From assembly GCF_006345805.1 (NCBI RefSeq), contig NC_043005.1, positions 13,206,001 through 13,270,000 on the forward strand: a DNA stretch of 64,000 nt. Reading direction: 5' to 3'. The translations under genes were made by a program, and so were the position numbers. This DNA comes from Octopus sinensis. Its lineage: Eukaryota. Numbering within the stretch: position 1 is the first letter of the stretch; each line of letters starts with the position of its first letter. Below are positions 35,721 through 49,466 of this stretch, in pieces. The notes under the pieces are model-generated. The model was not told the origin of the DNA and searched no databases. It saw only the letters and a program-made list of their open reading frames with translations.

Positions 35721-37512
35721 CTGAACCTTAAGAACAACAAAATTACTTTATCAAACACAAATAAATCTCCTCACCATACCTATTAACCCACTCATCCCCT
35801 ACAACGCATTTTTCTCTTTTCCTTCTCAATTCATCTGCTTTTTTTAATTTCCCCTGTCTACCTACAACACACCTAATTATCATTCACATTATTCCACCAA
35901 CCACAAAACAACCTGCCCAAAACTATGTGAAGCCTGAAAGAGCCAAATTAAATCACAATGTGATGACAACGAGGAATTGAGACTTCGGAATCACTGTTAA
36001 CTTTTTCTTTGTAATAGAAATATATTCATAGGGGTGGGCGTGTGGTAAAAAGTTTGCTACTCAACCATGGGGTTCCGGGTTCAGTCCCACAGTGCGGCAC
36101 CTGGGTCAAGTATCTTCTACCATAGGCTAGAGTCGACCAACACATTGTGAGTAGATTTGGTAAACGGAAACTGAAAAGAAACCCGTCGTACCCCCACCCC
36201 CCATCCCATATCGAAGTTCGGTAAGCTGAAAAAAGTTGTTATATAGCTCACGATTAACTACTGGGGTTGCTGTGTATGGGAAAGGTGTACAACCTTCTAC
36301 ATCAATAAATCATTATTGTTCCTGAAAGTTGTTTTATATACCTTCAACAGACTGCTCGAAGCTTACTGTCTTCCTACACCTTGATCTTAAGTTCATATAT
36401 ATATTCATCTTCTCTTTCCTCTGATCCTTTGGTCTAGTCTTCCACTACCCTCCTATTTCTTTGTCTCGCTCTGCACTCACAGGTCATTCTTCGACACCCA
36501 TCCCTTCTCCTCTCTGATTCCTTCTTTCTCTCTCTTCTCTCTCTTTGTTGCGTTTTGTCCCCTTTTCTCTCTCTCTCTCTCTTCCTTTGCTTCTCTTTCT
36601 TTTCTTTTCCCTCTTCTCTGTCACGTGACTGTTGGCCCGAAATCTGCCTTTCAGCTCCTGACCCTCGTCGTGTTAACATCGTTGTGCTTCGTCCGCCGCT
36701 ATAAAGGCTTTTTCCAATGCGCCAGAGAAAAAATTTGTTTGCTTGTTATCAGTCGTAAGACACTTGTTGTTTTCACCGTTAATGCTTTCTGTATTTCATG
36801 TTTCTGTATTCCATTTTGTTTTTTGTTTTTTTATATCTGTCCCTTTTGCTGTCCTGGTGTTCGTATGCATTCGATCCTTCTTCCAGGAAATCTACGCTTC
36901 CAGCTTAGTTTTTCTAATGCTCGTTGCTTAGTTTTTCTTGGAGGGCTGGCCGTGATCTAGTAATCTCAAGATTAATCAGCCGAAATTACTACGATGATCC
37001 GGTTCTTGACTGAAGACTGAGGGGTTCGAATGTCCTGTCCATGTTATTGTATCGTCTCCTATGAGTTATACGTTCTTGTCCATGTTGTATTTTTCTACAT
37101 ACCTTAATATATATATAATATAATTATTTATAAATCCCTGAACGAGGTATAAACAGTAGCTGCACGACATCGTGAAGTATATTTGCCACTTAAATGTAGC
37201 TAACTCTTAAGGGTGGATGCTACTGTAGCTTGTAGCACCAGGAGGACACCTCCTCCAGCTGGCTATTGACACATTTTCTGTGTCCTAACAGTATTTGCAA
37301 AGGGAAGCCATCCTTTCCATCTTCAACCAGACATGATACACACGGACTCGAGTTTCTGGGTATTGACCCGTCATCAGCATGTGACAATCACCGGTTGTCG
37401 ATGAAAAGTGGTTCCCAATGCAAATATATATCCTTTTTTCCTGTGACGAAACGTCACTGATCTCGTAAAAGTGTATCTCTCTCTCTCTCTCTCTCTCTCA
37501 CTCTCTCCTCTC

Positions 37513-37570
<58 letters not shown>

Positions 37571-37586
37571 TATATATATATATATA

Positions 37587-38000
37587 ATCACCTTGATCAC
37601 TTTGAACCGCCATCCGTCAGGCGTCCATTTTGACGCCGCTGGTCACAGCACGCTGTCCACTTCTCTCTGGATCGCGCCTTTCTCATCCACGTGATCCCGA
37701 TCGTCCTCCTGAAATCGTAACTCCACCGTCGTGGAAGCCTTTCGGGTGGTCGTTTCCGCTCGCGCGGGTACCACTCGACAACTGCGCGTGTCCACCGATT
37801 ATCGGTGAGCGGGGTGACGTGTCCAGCTCATCTAAACTTGCTGCGTGTATACTCTGCGATGACATCTCTCACGCCGGACTTCTTTCTGATGATCTCGCTA
37901 CTAATGTGCTCTCTCAACGAGATACCAAGCATTGACCTTTCCATGGATCTTTGAGCCGTTACCAGTCTCTGCTCTTCTCTCTTTGTGGTAGTAAAACATG
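37587..38000 (-). mobile_element. 5'-truncated RTE LINE 3' end in (TA)n
   Basis: AQRSMERSMLGISLREH...KSGVRDV...KFR*AGHV...RWTRAVVEWYPRERKRP; same family as 30025-30240. Confidence 0.92.
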
Positions 38001-38456
38001 GGCTACCACAAATATATATATATATATATCGCCCACCGCCGTTCGACACTCGACGTTGCTTTGCTACGTCCCAGTAACAGGTCAACAGAATAAGTGCCTA
38101 AGTGCTAGGCATTAGAAGATAACTTTCTGGAGTCGACTTATTCGACTGGATTCTTCGAGATGGTGCCCCATCATGGCCGCATTCGAATGATTGAAACAAG
38201 TAAAAAAATGTACACCACACACACACACACACACACACACACACCACACACACACACAAACATGTATATGCATAAAATATATATGGTCTATATGATAAAT
38301 GTGTACATGTGTAAATGTGCGTATAAATAATCGTTAAAAATATATACATACACACGCACACACACACACATATGCTTACATTTAATCATACACAAAATAT
38401 GTAAACTGCTAGTGAGTGTGTGTATGTGAGTGCATGTGTATATACATATATATATG

Positions 38457-38490
<34 letters not shown>

Positions 38491-38508
38491 GTATACATAT
38501 ACATTCAT

Positions 38509-38539
<31 letters not shown>

Positions 38540-38903
38540 CACACACACATAGATACAACACACGCACGTACATATACAACCATAGATATACACACACAAC
38601 TATGTATAAACTGTGCTGTTAGCTGCTCTTGAATTGACATTCATATTATGTTATGATGTATATCTTGTAGGTTTGTCAGGCCAAGTCTATTGGAAGACCA
38701 GTCACGTATTTCAGTAACCACTTCCAGCCAAATCATACGAGTCGCGGTGGTTCATTGCCATTTTAATACTGCAAGTTATCATTCTGTCTCAGTGTCTAAA
38801 TACATGCAAAATACTCGGTTAATGATTATATCTACTATTGAGCTTTTGCTAAGAATAACATATCAACAAGTCTGCTTGCGCTTTGCTTGTTAATATATAC
38901 ATA

Positions 38904-39289
38904 GAAGCGCAATGGCCCAGTGGTTAGGGCAGCGGACTCGCGGTCATAGGATCGCGGTTTCGATTCCCAGACCGGGCGTTGTGAGTGTTTATTGAGCAAA
39001 AACACCTAAAGCTCCACGAGGCTCCGGCAGGGGATGGTGGTGATCCCTGCTGTACTCTTTCACCACAACTTTCTCTCACTCTTACTTCCTGTTTCTATTG
39101 TACCTGTATTTCAAAGGGCCGGCCTTGTCACTCTCTGTGTCACGCTGAATATCCCCGAGAACTACGTTAAGGGTACACGTGTCTGTGGAGTGCTCAGTCA
39201 CTAACACGTTAATTTCACGAGCAGGCTGTTCCGTTGATCGGATCAACGGGAACCCTCGTCGTCGTAACCGACGGAGTGCTTCCATTCCA
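38904..39289 (+). mobile_element. SINE family C, full length
   Basis: Matches 24961-25348. Confidence 0.92.
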
Positions 39290-39301
39290 TACACATTCAT
39301 A

Positions 39302-40720
39302 GGCGGCGAGCTGGCGGAAACGTTAACATGCCGGGCGAAATGCTTCGCGCTATTTCATGTCTTTATGCTCTGAATTCAAATTCTGCCGAGGTTGAATTTG
39401 CCTTTCATCCTTTCGGAGTCGATAAATTAAGCACCAGTTGATTACTGGGGTCAATCTAATCGACTGGCCCCCTCACCCAAAATTTCGGGCCTTGAGCCTA
39501 GAGTAGAAAAAACTATTTTATCGACCTCTAAGTCGCCGGGCGAAATGCTTAACGGTACTTCGTCTGCCGCTACGTTCTGAGTTCAAATTCCGCCGAGGTC
39601 GACTTTGCCTTTCATCCTTTCGGGGTCGATTAATAAATAAGTACCAGTTATGCACTGGGGTCGATGTAATCGACCTTAATCCCTTTGTTGTCCTTGTTGT
39701 CCTCTCTGTGTTTAGCCCCTTGGGGTAGTAAAGAAATAGGTACTTCGTCTGCCGTTACGTTCTGAGTTCAATTCCGCCGAGGTCGACTTTGCCTTTCATC
39801 CTTTCGGGGTCGATAAATTAAGTACCAGTTACGCCACTGGGGTCAATGTAATCGACCTTAATCCGTTTTGTCTGACCCTGTTTGTCCCCTCTATGTTTAT
39901 TGCCCTTGTGGTAATAAAGAAATAAGAACGTTAACACGCCGGACAAAATGCTCTTAGCGGTTTTCGCCCTGTCGCTACGCTCTGAGTTCAAATTCTGCTG
40001 AGGTCGACTTTGCCTTTCATCCTTTCGAGGGCGTGAATTATTAAGTTGCGTACTGGGGTCGATCTATCTACTGGTCCCTTCCCACAAAATTTCGGGCCTT
40101 GAGCCTAGAGTAGAAACTATTTTATCGACCTCTAAGTCGCCGGGCGAAATGCTTAACGGTACTATCGTCTGCCGCTACGTTCTGAGTTCAAATTCCGCCG
40201 AGGTCGACTTTGCCTTTCATCTTTTCGGGGTCGATTAAATAAGTACCAGTTATGCACTGGGGTCGATGTAATCGACTTAATCCCTTGTCTGTCTTGTTTG
40301 TCCTCTCTGTGTTTAGCCTTGTGGGGTAGGAAAGAAATAGGTACTCGTCTGCCGTTACGTTCTTCTGAGTTCAAATTCCGCCGAGGTCGACTTTGCCTTT
40401 CATCCTTTCGGGGTCGATAAATTAAGTACCAGTTACGCACTGAGGTCGATGTAATCGACTTAATCCGTTTGTCTGACCCTGTTTGTCACCTCTATGTTTA
40501 GCCCCTTGTGGGCAATAAAGAAATAAGAAACATTAACACGCCGGGCAAAATGCTTAGCGGTATTTCGCCTGTCGCTACGCTCTGAGTTCAAATTCTGCTG
40601 AGGTCGACTTTGCCTTTCATCCTTTCGAGGTCGATGAATTAAGTTGCGTACTGGGGTCGATCTAATCGACTGGTCCCTTCCCACAAAATTTCGGGCCTTG
40701 TACCTAGAGTAGAAAAGAAT
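39302..40720 (+). mobile_element. Tandem array of SINE family B units containing a ~600-bp duplication
   Basis: About seven successive family B bodies; ~39480-40115 recurs as ~40085-40715. Confidence 0.88.
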
Positions 40721-40825
40721 ATATACACATTCATGTACACATACATACATACATACATACATACATACATACATACATACATACATACATACATACATAC
40801 ATACATACATACATACATACATGCA

Positions 40826-40985
40826 TGCGTAGCTGTGTGGTAAGAAGCTTCTTTTCCAACCACTTGCTTCTGGGTTCAGTCCCACTGCGTAGCACCTTGG
40901 GTAAATGTCTTCTACTAATAGCTTCGGGCCGACCAAAGCTTTGTGAGTGGATTTGGTAAACGGAAACTGGAAGAAGCCCGTCGTA
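40826..40985 (+). mobile_element. SINE family A 5' half
   Basis: Matches family A. Confidence 0.85.
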
Positions 40986-41009
40986 TATATATATGTGTGT
41001 GTTTCCCGT

Positions 41010-41240
41010 ATAGGTTCCCCACCTGGATGGGACGCCGGTCCATCGTAGGTGAGCTGCAAGATACAGGAGGAAAGAGTGAGAGAAAGTTGTGGCGGAAGAG
41101 TCAGCAGAAGTTTCGCCTTTACCTTCTGCCGGAGCCGCGTGGAGCTTAGGTGTTTTGCTCATAAAACACAACACATCGCCCCGGTCTGAGATTCGACCCC
41201 GATCCCTCGACCGCTGCTCTAACCACTAGGCATGTGCCAC
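41010..41240 (-). mobile_element. SINE family C variant
   Basis: Reverse complement of the 27003-27240 type. Confidence 0.85.
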
Positions 41241-41342
41241 TGACATGTAATATAAAACAGAGGAGATTATACAACATTAACAGGACATACCAATACACGA
41301 AGATATGTTCCATCTAAGGGCCGTTTCGGAGACAGTCCGATA

Positions 41343-41739
41343 TCTTTATATATAAAAGTGAGGTTTGTGTGCTGTCTGTCTCCTACGATTTAGATTCCTA
41401 ACAACTCCCACATTTTGCGGTGCAGTTTAACCAAAACCGGGTATCTATAGTCGTGATTCATATCGAGCCCTTCTGGTATTAGCGCGCGCGTCTACGATGA
41501 GTCTACGATTAACAAAAAAAAAAATTACCATAAATTTTTCCCATTTTAATGCATTTTTGGCATATATAGGGAAGAACTCTCTAAAAATGTATTATTTAAA
41601 TCTCAGAACGTAAAAAGCTGCAGTAACCCCCCCCCCTTTGTGGTAACCATATTGAGATGGCTATTATTTTTACATCTCTAAAAACTGCTTATATAGTTAT
41701 TTCCCTTACAAAACCGAGCAACGCGGGCGATACTGCTAG
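41343..41739 (+). mobile_element. Non-autonomous Helitron family 1 inserted in a Penelope-like inverted arm
   Basis: A|TC...CTAG|T; the rejoined flanks match the reverse complement of 41908-42007. Confidence 0.92.
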
Positions 41740-41875
41740 TATGATATAAATTTCATATTTCTAGCCAATTTCAAAATTCAAAAGGTCTTATTGCCAATTC
41801 ACTAATCCCCTTTATAGAACAGTTATATTAACTGTTATCCTTTTATATGTTGCTAGATTATGTCTTGTAGTGAAG

Positions 41876-41961
41876 CATCCTGATGAGGGGAGTGTCTATT
41901 TCATTAAAATATGAAATTTATATCATATTATCGGACACGTCTCCGAAACAGCCCGTCGATG
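41876..41961 (+). ncRNA. Type I hammerhead ribozyme
   Basis: CATC-CTGATGA-gGGGAGTGTC...GACACGTCTCC-GAAA-C-AGCCC-G-TC-GATG with a GUC site. Confidence 0.8.
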
Positions 41962-42479
41962 GAACATTATCTTCGTGTATTAGTATGTCCTGTTAATGTA
42001 TAATCTCATATTTTCCACTGGACTCCGTGTTGTTACTTGTGAATCTTTATTACCTTGTATCTTATCGTGTGAATTAATAATTATCTTGTGAATTATTAAT
42101 TCAATAAGTCTTATAGATGTTGATGTTTTATATATTGCCTGTGTACTTATATATACGAGCATTTTTGAATATTTTTAAATACCTACGAGTTTTTATATTA
42201 TATCATATCGACGTTTTATATCTATTTGTATATCTATTTATGTATTTATATATTTATAATGCCAACATATTTTTAAATATTTAAAAATATTTTAAATATT
42301 TGCATATTTTTAAATATAAAATATTTATATGTTTATATACTTGTATGTCTTAACACCGTATTATCTGGAACTTCATATTGATTGATTAACGTCCAATGAA
42401 AGTACACACATATATATTGAATATTCTATTGGATAATAGGTGATTTTTCTCTAGTTTTCAGCTGGTATTGCCTCCAATG

Positions 42480-42516
<37 letters not shown>

Positions 42517-42525
42517 ATGTATGTA

Positions 42526-42566
<41 letters not shown>

Positions 42567-42661
42567 CGTGGCCTAGTGGTTAGGGCATTCAGCTCCCGAT
42601 CTTAAGGTTGTGAGTTTCAATTCTCGGCGATGCAAGACACTTTATTTCACGTTGCTCCAGT

Positions 42662-42693
<32 letters not shown>

Positions 42694-43245
42694 CTGGCTG
42701 CTTTCCCTTTCCTTCTACGAAATCCCCTTACACGGCTTTGGTCGGCCCAAGACTATCTGGTCCAACGTACTATGGAATAGGAGTGAACCAGGAACCCTGA
42801 AGTTGGGAAGCAAGCTTCTGACCACGCAGCCATTTATTTATCTATTTTGAAAATTATAATTGTTAAAAAGAATATGGCTGTGTGGTTAAGAATGTCACTT
42901 CGCAACTACATAGTTTCAGGTTCCGTCCCAGTGCGTGGCACCTTGGAAAGAGTGTCTTCTACTATGGCGTTGGCTCGACCAATGCTTTGTGAGTGAATTT
43001 GGCAGACGGAAAATGCGTAAAAACCCGTCATTAATGTGGGCATGCGTGAAAGAGCGAGAAAGAGAAAGTGTGTTGGCACCTGCTTGACAAGCAGTGATCG
43101 TGACTTAGCTATTCGGCAATAAACATCGATAGAATAAGTTGCAGACTAAAGAAAGTACTGGTGCTCAATTCGATTCATTAAACTCTTGAAACTGGTGCCC
43201 CAGCCTGGCCGCTGTCCAATGACAGACAGAAGTGAAAAAAATAAG

Positions 43246-43641
43246 GCAGTGAGCTGGCAGAAACGTTAGAACGCCGGGCGAAATGCTGAGCAGTATTTCG
43301 TTTGTCTTTACGTTCTGAGTTCAAATTCCGCCGAGGTCGACTTTGCCTTTCATCCTATCGGGGTCGATTAAATAAGTACTAGTTACGCATTGGGGTCGAA
43401 ATAATCGACTTAATCCGTTTGTCTGTCCTTGTTTGTCCTCTCTGTGTTTTGGCCCCTAGTGCGGTAGTAAAGAAATAGGTATTTTAGCCCGTCGCTACGT
43501 TCTGAGTTCAAATTCCACCGAGGTTGCACCGAGGTTGACTTTGCCTTTCATCCTTTCGGGGTCGATATAATCCGTTAATCCGTTTGTCTGTCCTCGTTTG
43601 TCCCCTCTGTGTTTAGCCCCCTGTGGGTAGTAACGAAATAA
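43246..43641 (+). mobile_element. SINE family B dimer
   Basis: Matches family B. Confidence 0.88.
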
Positions 43642-43656
43642 GAAGTAAACAAAATA

Positions 43657-44092
43657 GGATCTTTTCGGTTTGCACGGCAGTTTTTTCTAGCGGTGTCATA
43701 TGAAATTGTCACCCATAATTATGACCCTTGTATCGATCTATTGCATTTCAATCTGTTTTAGGGTTAGGGTTAGTTAGGGTTAGTTAGGGTCAGGGGTGGG
43801 GGAGGTATTTATCTTTTTTTTCTTCACAATGTAAATAAACCCAATCTGTTTCCTTAAACGAGGGACATATTCATACGGCACAGAATGCTTTTTCACTCAA
43901 TAGACGGCACTGATTGGTTGAAATTGCAGAAATTGAAGAAAAAAAACAACAAATATCTTACAAACTATAGAATTTCTCAATAAGCCAAGAGAAAAAGATG
44001 TTTTATAAACCATTCTATCAGTATACGAAGTTTAAAATTGTTTAGTTACCTAGAAATTATGTTAAAAACTGCCGTTCAAATCGAAAAGATCC
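43657..44092 (-). mobile_element. Merlin-like MITE with TTAGGG repeats (second copy of 9801-10232)
   Basis: Same TIRs; 8-bp TSD (A/C)CAAAATA; TTAGGG repeats at ~43758-43790. Confidence 0.88.
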
Positions 44093-44362
44093 CCAAAATA
44101 AATAATAAATAAATAAATAAATAAATAACAAATAAAAGAAAAAATAGACAAAAAAAAATCATTTCGGAGGTAAACAGGGTGACTAAGCAGAAGTTTAGTG
44201 GCTCCCTCTTTTGGTTAGTTCGACATCTCTAGACTTTGATAAGTAGGTGAGAGACGGAGTGAATATTTCCTATCACTTTCTTCTTTATCTCTTTCTATAT
44301 ATATTGCTATTTTTTTCTCCTTTTGTTTTGTCGTTGTTGAAAAAAAAAAAAAATAACAAAGT

Positions 44363-45020
44363 AGGCGCAGGGCTGGCTGTGTGGTAAGTAGCTCGCTAAC
44401 CAACCACATGGTTCCGGGTTCAGTCCCACTGCGTGGCATCTTGGGCAAGTGTCTTCTGCTATAGCTCCGGGCCGACCAATGCCTTGTGAGTGGATTTGGT
44501 AGACGGAAACTGAAAGAAGCTTGTCGTATATATGTATATATATATATGTATATGTGTGTATGTGTTTGTGTGTCTGTGTTTGTCCCCCACAACATTGCTT
44601 GACAACCGATGCTGGTGTGTTTATGTCCCCGTCACTTAGCGGTTCGGCAAAAAAAAAGAGACCGATAGAATAAGTACTGGGCTTACAAAAGAATAAGTCC
44701 CGGGGTCGATTTGCTCGACTAACTAAAGGCGGTGCTCCAGCATGGCCGCAGTCATCAAATGACTGAAACAAGTAAAAGAATAAAAAGAAAAGAAAGAAAG
44801 TAAACAGTGCTTGACAACCGATGCTGGTGTGTTTATGTCCCTGTCACTTAGCGGTTCGGCAAAAAAAAAAAAAGAGACCGATAGAATAAGTACTGGGGCT
44901 TACAAAAAAGAATAAGTCCCGGGGTCGAGTTGCTCGACTAACTAAAGGCGGTGCTCCAGCATGGCCGCAGTTCAAATGACTGAAACAAGTAAAAGAATAA
45001 AAAAGAGTAAAAGAAAAAAA
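44363..45020 (+). mobile_element. SINE family A with tandemly duplicated 3' half
   Basis: Full copy to ~44800, then ~44807-45020 repeats its 3' half, including the private GACTAACTAAAGG variant. Confidence 0.9.
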
Positions 45021-45369
45021 AGTAAACAGATAAATAAATAAACACATTTGATAATGGCTTCTTTGTTTTGTAAACTAATCTTGATGAAAACGAAAATGGA
45101 TCTCCGTATTGCATGCAAACGTCCATCAAGTAAGTTGGTTGAGGTATTGTCTCAATTAAAAATAACAGAACATGAACATACTTGCAATAAAACGTTCATT
45201 ATTCCATTATATGGTAGGCAGAAAGCGCAATTAATCGGACAGAGAACAATTAGGTTATTTAAGAACCATTGTTTTTTTTTTCTTTTTCTTTTCGTTGTAT
45301 TATATTGCTTTTTTTTTTTTTGCTTCCCTTTAAAACACGATATGGTACAACGCATTTAGCTCTAGCTTC

Positions 45370-45642
45370 AGTTGTTGTTGTTGTTGTTGTTGTTGTTGCA
45401 GTTATTGTGTCGTATTATTGCAGTTGTTCTCGATGGTTTTTTTTTACGATGATGTTGTTGATGTGGTTATTGTTGTAATGGTAATTGTAGTTGTAGTTGT
45501 TATTGCTATTGTTGCAGTTCGTGTTTTTGTTGTTGTTGTTGTTGTTGATTCGTACTGCTGTTGTTGCCTGTCCGAAGCAGTAGTAGTTGCTGTCGCTACT
45601 GAAGCAGCTCGTCTTTTTACTGTAGTAGTAGTAGTAGTAGTG

Positions 45643-45686
<44 letters not shown>

Positions 45687-45689
45687 GGC

Positions 45690-45729
<40 letters not shown>

Positions 45730-45780
45730 ATAGTAGTAGCAGTAGTAGTAGTGGTGATTGTGGTGGTGGTGGTAGTTATT
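45370..45780. repeat. (GTT)n/(GTA)n/(GTG)n compound trinucleotide repeat
   Basis: Directly visible. Confidence 0.9.
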
Positions 45781-46112
45781 TGGGACACAGTTCTCTTAAC
45801 GAGGATTTGAAATGCAACAAAGTCGATTAGTTGATTGACTGAGGAGAGAGAAAATTAATGGGATCCTCTTCTTTTCCAGCATAATTTCATTTCCTTTTTC
45901 CTTATTAAGGAGCAGGCAACCAACAACAAATAACTCCATTGCTCCTCAGCTTTATTAAATGCAATTTAGATATAACGGGACTCGATCCTTATTAACGCTT
46001 GCCTTTAACAAAGACTCTTCTAGCACAACAGGGCTCTAAAACCTGCGCCATCTTCAGGTATGAACAAACAGTAAAAGTGATCAAGAGCCAACTATGCCGC
46101 ATTGGTTTATGG

Positions 46113-46590
46113 TGGAGGCACATGGCCTAGTGGTTAGAGCAGCTTCCCACCATCACCACCAAAGAAAAACACACAAAAGTACTGGGGTCGATACGTTCAC
46201 CTAAAATCCTTCGAGGAGGTTCCCCAGCATGGCTGTAGTCTAATGACTGAAACAAGTAAAAGATAGAAGACAGATACAGAGTGCTCCATCATCTCCAAGG
46301 TATCAAGAAGTACGGCGAACTGGCAGAAACGGGTTCGAATCTGAGACCGAGCGATGTCTGTGTTTATGAGCGAAAACACCTAAGCTCCACGCGGCTCCGG
46401 CAGAAGGTAATGGTGAAACTTCTGCTGACTCTTTCGCCACAAACTTTCTCTCACTCTTTCCTCCTGCGTCTTGCAGCTCACCTGCGACGGATCGGCGTCC
46501 CGTCCAGGTAGGGAAGCTATACGCCAAGAGACCGGGAAACCGGCCCTAATGAGCCAGGCATGGCTCGAGAAGGAACAAACAACAACAAAC
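46113..46590 (+). mobile_element. SINE family C variant interrupted by a ~190-bp local duplication
   Basis: Head 46113-46143 resumes at ~46331; the insert equals 46783-46974. Confidence 0.85.
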
Positions 46591-46956
46591 ATTGGTTTAT
46601 GAAAGAGATCCGAGGGCATTGCCTTGTCCAGAGATGTAGAATGTTGCTAAGGTATCCCTTGCCTATTGTTTCGATTTTTGTGATTATATATGTGAAATAT
46701 ATATGGTCTTCTTATCCTTTGAATGAAAAAAACTGAAATACCTGCTTATAATCTAATTACTGTTATCCATGGAAAGTAATTTTAGCTTCCCACCATCACC
46801 ACCAAAGAAAAACACACTAAAGTACTGGGGTCGATTCGTTAACCTAACATCCTTCGAGGAGGTTCCCCAGCATGGCTGTAGTCTAATGACTGAAACAAGT
46901 AAAAGATAGAAAACAGATACAGAGTGCTCCATTATCTCCAAGGTATCAAGAAGTAA

Positions 46957-47183
46957 GGCGAACTGGCAGAAACGTTAGCACGCCGGGCGAAATGCGTAGC
47001 CGTATTTCGTCTGCCGCTACGTTCTGAGTTCAAATTCCGCCGAAGTCCACTTTGCCTTTCATCCTTTCGGGGTCGATAAATTGAGTACCAGTTACGCACT
47101 GGGGTCGATATAACCGACTTAATCCGTTTGTCTGTCCTTGTTTGTCCACTCTGTGTTTAGCCCCTTGTGGGCAGTAAAGAAAT
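46957..47183 (+). mobile_element. SINE family B monomer
   Basis: 16-bp TSD AGGTATCAAGAAGTAA. Confidence 0.92.
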
Positions 47184-47865
47184 AGGTATCAAGAAGTAAA
47201 ACAAAAGAAAAAAGAATGTAAACCCCCAAACCAGTTGTCTAACAGCACATGAATTTGAGTTTAAATCCGACTTTAAGCTCTCAAATTTCTGTTCATTCTG
47301 CTGAAGCCCTTGATAAAATTCCTGACTGAGCGAATCTGATCGTGAAAGGAACTTAATCCGTAATCCCATATTTTTATATTTCCAGGCCTACATTGGTCAG
47401 AATAAACTAGCTCGATTCTCTAAGCAGTCAGGGACAATTGAGGGAGAATTCGCTAATATTTATAACGCTTTAAATGACTACGTAAGTACGTCTTGAGATT
47501 TCTGATACTCTAAACAATAACCTATCTTATAACAGGCCTGCTTTGAACACAGGCTGAAGGACACGAGATAAAGCACTCTTAGATACTCCCAATAAAGATA
47601 GTAGAATAGGATAGGAATTCTTTCTCTTATGATTGTTTGCTTGATCAGTGGGCAGACGTGGGTGTAAACGAGCACAGCTATTTCAGGTTTGCATATTTAA
47701 TTACATATTTTAATTCATAATAAATAAATATCTGTCTCAAACCTCTGAGGTAATTTATTGTTAATACGATTTAAGTGTTACAGTTAAGGGGAATTAGCAA
47801 ACGTACTAACAATACATATACATACATACATACATACCTATATATATATATATATATATATATAG

Positions 47866-47926
<61 letters not shown>

Positions 47927-48544
47927 GTATAAATATATGTAGATAGATATTATTTTATTTCTTTCAGTTAGTTGACCACGGCCATGCTGGAACACCACTT
48001 TTAGTCGAATAAATCTTTTATATACATACATACTCACACGTCAAACGCCGTTTATCGGCTTTTTCACTCCTTCCTTCGTTATTCATCTGTCACCCCTTCT
48101 TTTCTCATTCATACGACGCTCTCTTTGCCACTTCGTTTCGTCTTTCTCATCGTCATTACTTTCTCTCACTACCTCTCAGTCACGGCTATTATTCTCACTA
48201 CTTCTCCTTCACTGTATTAGTATTTCATCTCCTCTCCCTTCACCTCTCACAGACTATATATAGAGATTTGGATTATTTTTCCGTTTCAGAGCGGACAATG
48301 TAAAGTTTATAAGCAATATGCTTATAAACTTTACATTTGGATGGACTCATATTAAACTCTGTTGGACTTTTGGATTTTACTCAAAGGTATTGGAATAATA
48401 CACATATATACCACCATTATGCCTATAAAAAACGATTTATGAACTCAATAACCATACATATCTTACATCTATTTTCTTTCCTCCACCTTACTCTCTATTT
48501 ATAATCACATCGAAACTAATTATGACTTACTATTCTCTCACATC

Positions 48545-48599
48545 GTCTCCGATGAAGGCATATTATTATTAATTAATATTCTAGAAACAGCTGTAAGAC
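48545..48599 (+). ncRNA. Type I hammerhead variant
   Basis: GTCT-CCGATGA-AGGCATATTA...TAATATTCTA-GAAA-C-AGCT-G-TA-AGAC; palindromic loop III, C in place of U4. Confidence 0.7.
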
Positions 48600-48704
48600 C
48601 TTCTATCTATAATTGCTCTAATATCTATACAGCTTTGTTTTTTTATCTCATTACACAAAAAATACAGATAATGCATATATATATATATATATAATATATA
48701 TATA

Positions 48705-48773
<69 letters not shown>

Positions 48774-48860
48774 ATATGTAATCATATATACAATATATAT
48801 ATACATCATGCACATGCATACATATACACACATATTTGCATACATATACATAACATATAT

Positions 48861-48933
<73 letters not shown>

Positions 48934-49419
48934 CCTTGTGGTGTTTGTCTTATACTCTGTTTTTTCGTTGTTAAAAAAAAGTCCGTTTCCTCCTGTGTTT
49001 TGTTTTTATGTTTTCGTTTCTCGTTGTGTTCTTACGTTTATTTGTGGTGTCCTGTACTCATATATGCATGTATATATACATATAGATGTAGGTATGTACA
49101 TATATGTATTTATGTATGCATATGTTTTATTTATTAAATTGTATATTATAATATATAGATATATATATATACATACATATATCGGTACTAAATATTAATA
49201 AAAGAAAACTGAACTGAAAAATCCGTATTAAATATAGGACAGAAACACACACACACTGTGTAATCACGTATTATATTTCATGATATGCACTTATTTAAAA
49301 TACAATACATGAAGCGATCGGTGTTTGAAACCAACTGGAACGCGGTGAGACATAAAATTGAAAATATACACCGTTGTATTATATCTATATATATATATAT
49401 ATTATATAAATTATATATA

Positions 49420-49466
<47 letters not shown>

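Noticed and set aside
36935-37035. Hammerhead-like GGCTG...CAGCC-GAAA
   Set aside because: No CUGANGA box in the right position.
47157-47675. Two short minus-strand ORFs in unique sequence
   Set aside because: No identifiable motif or convincing pair of splice sites.
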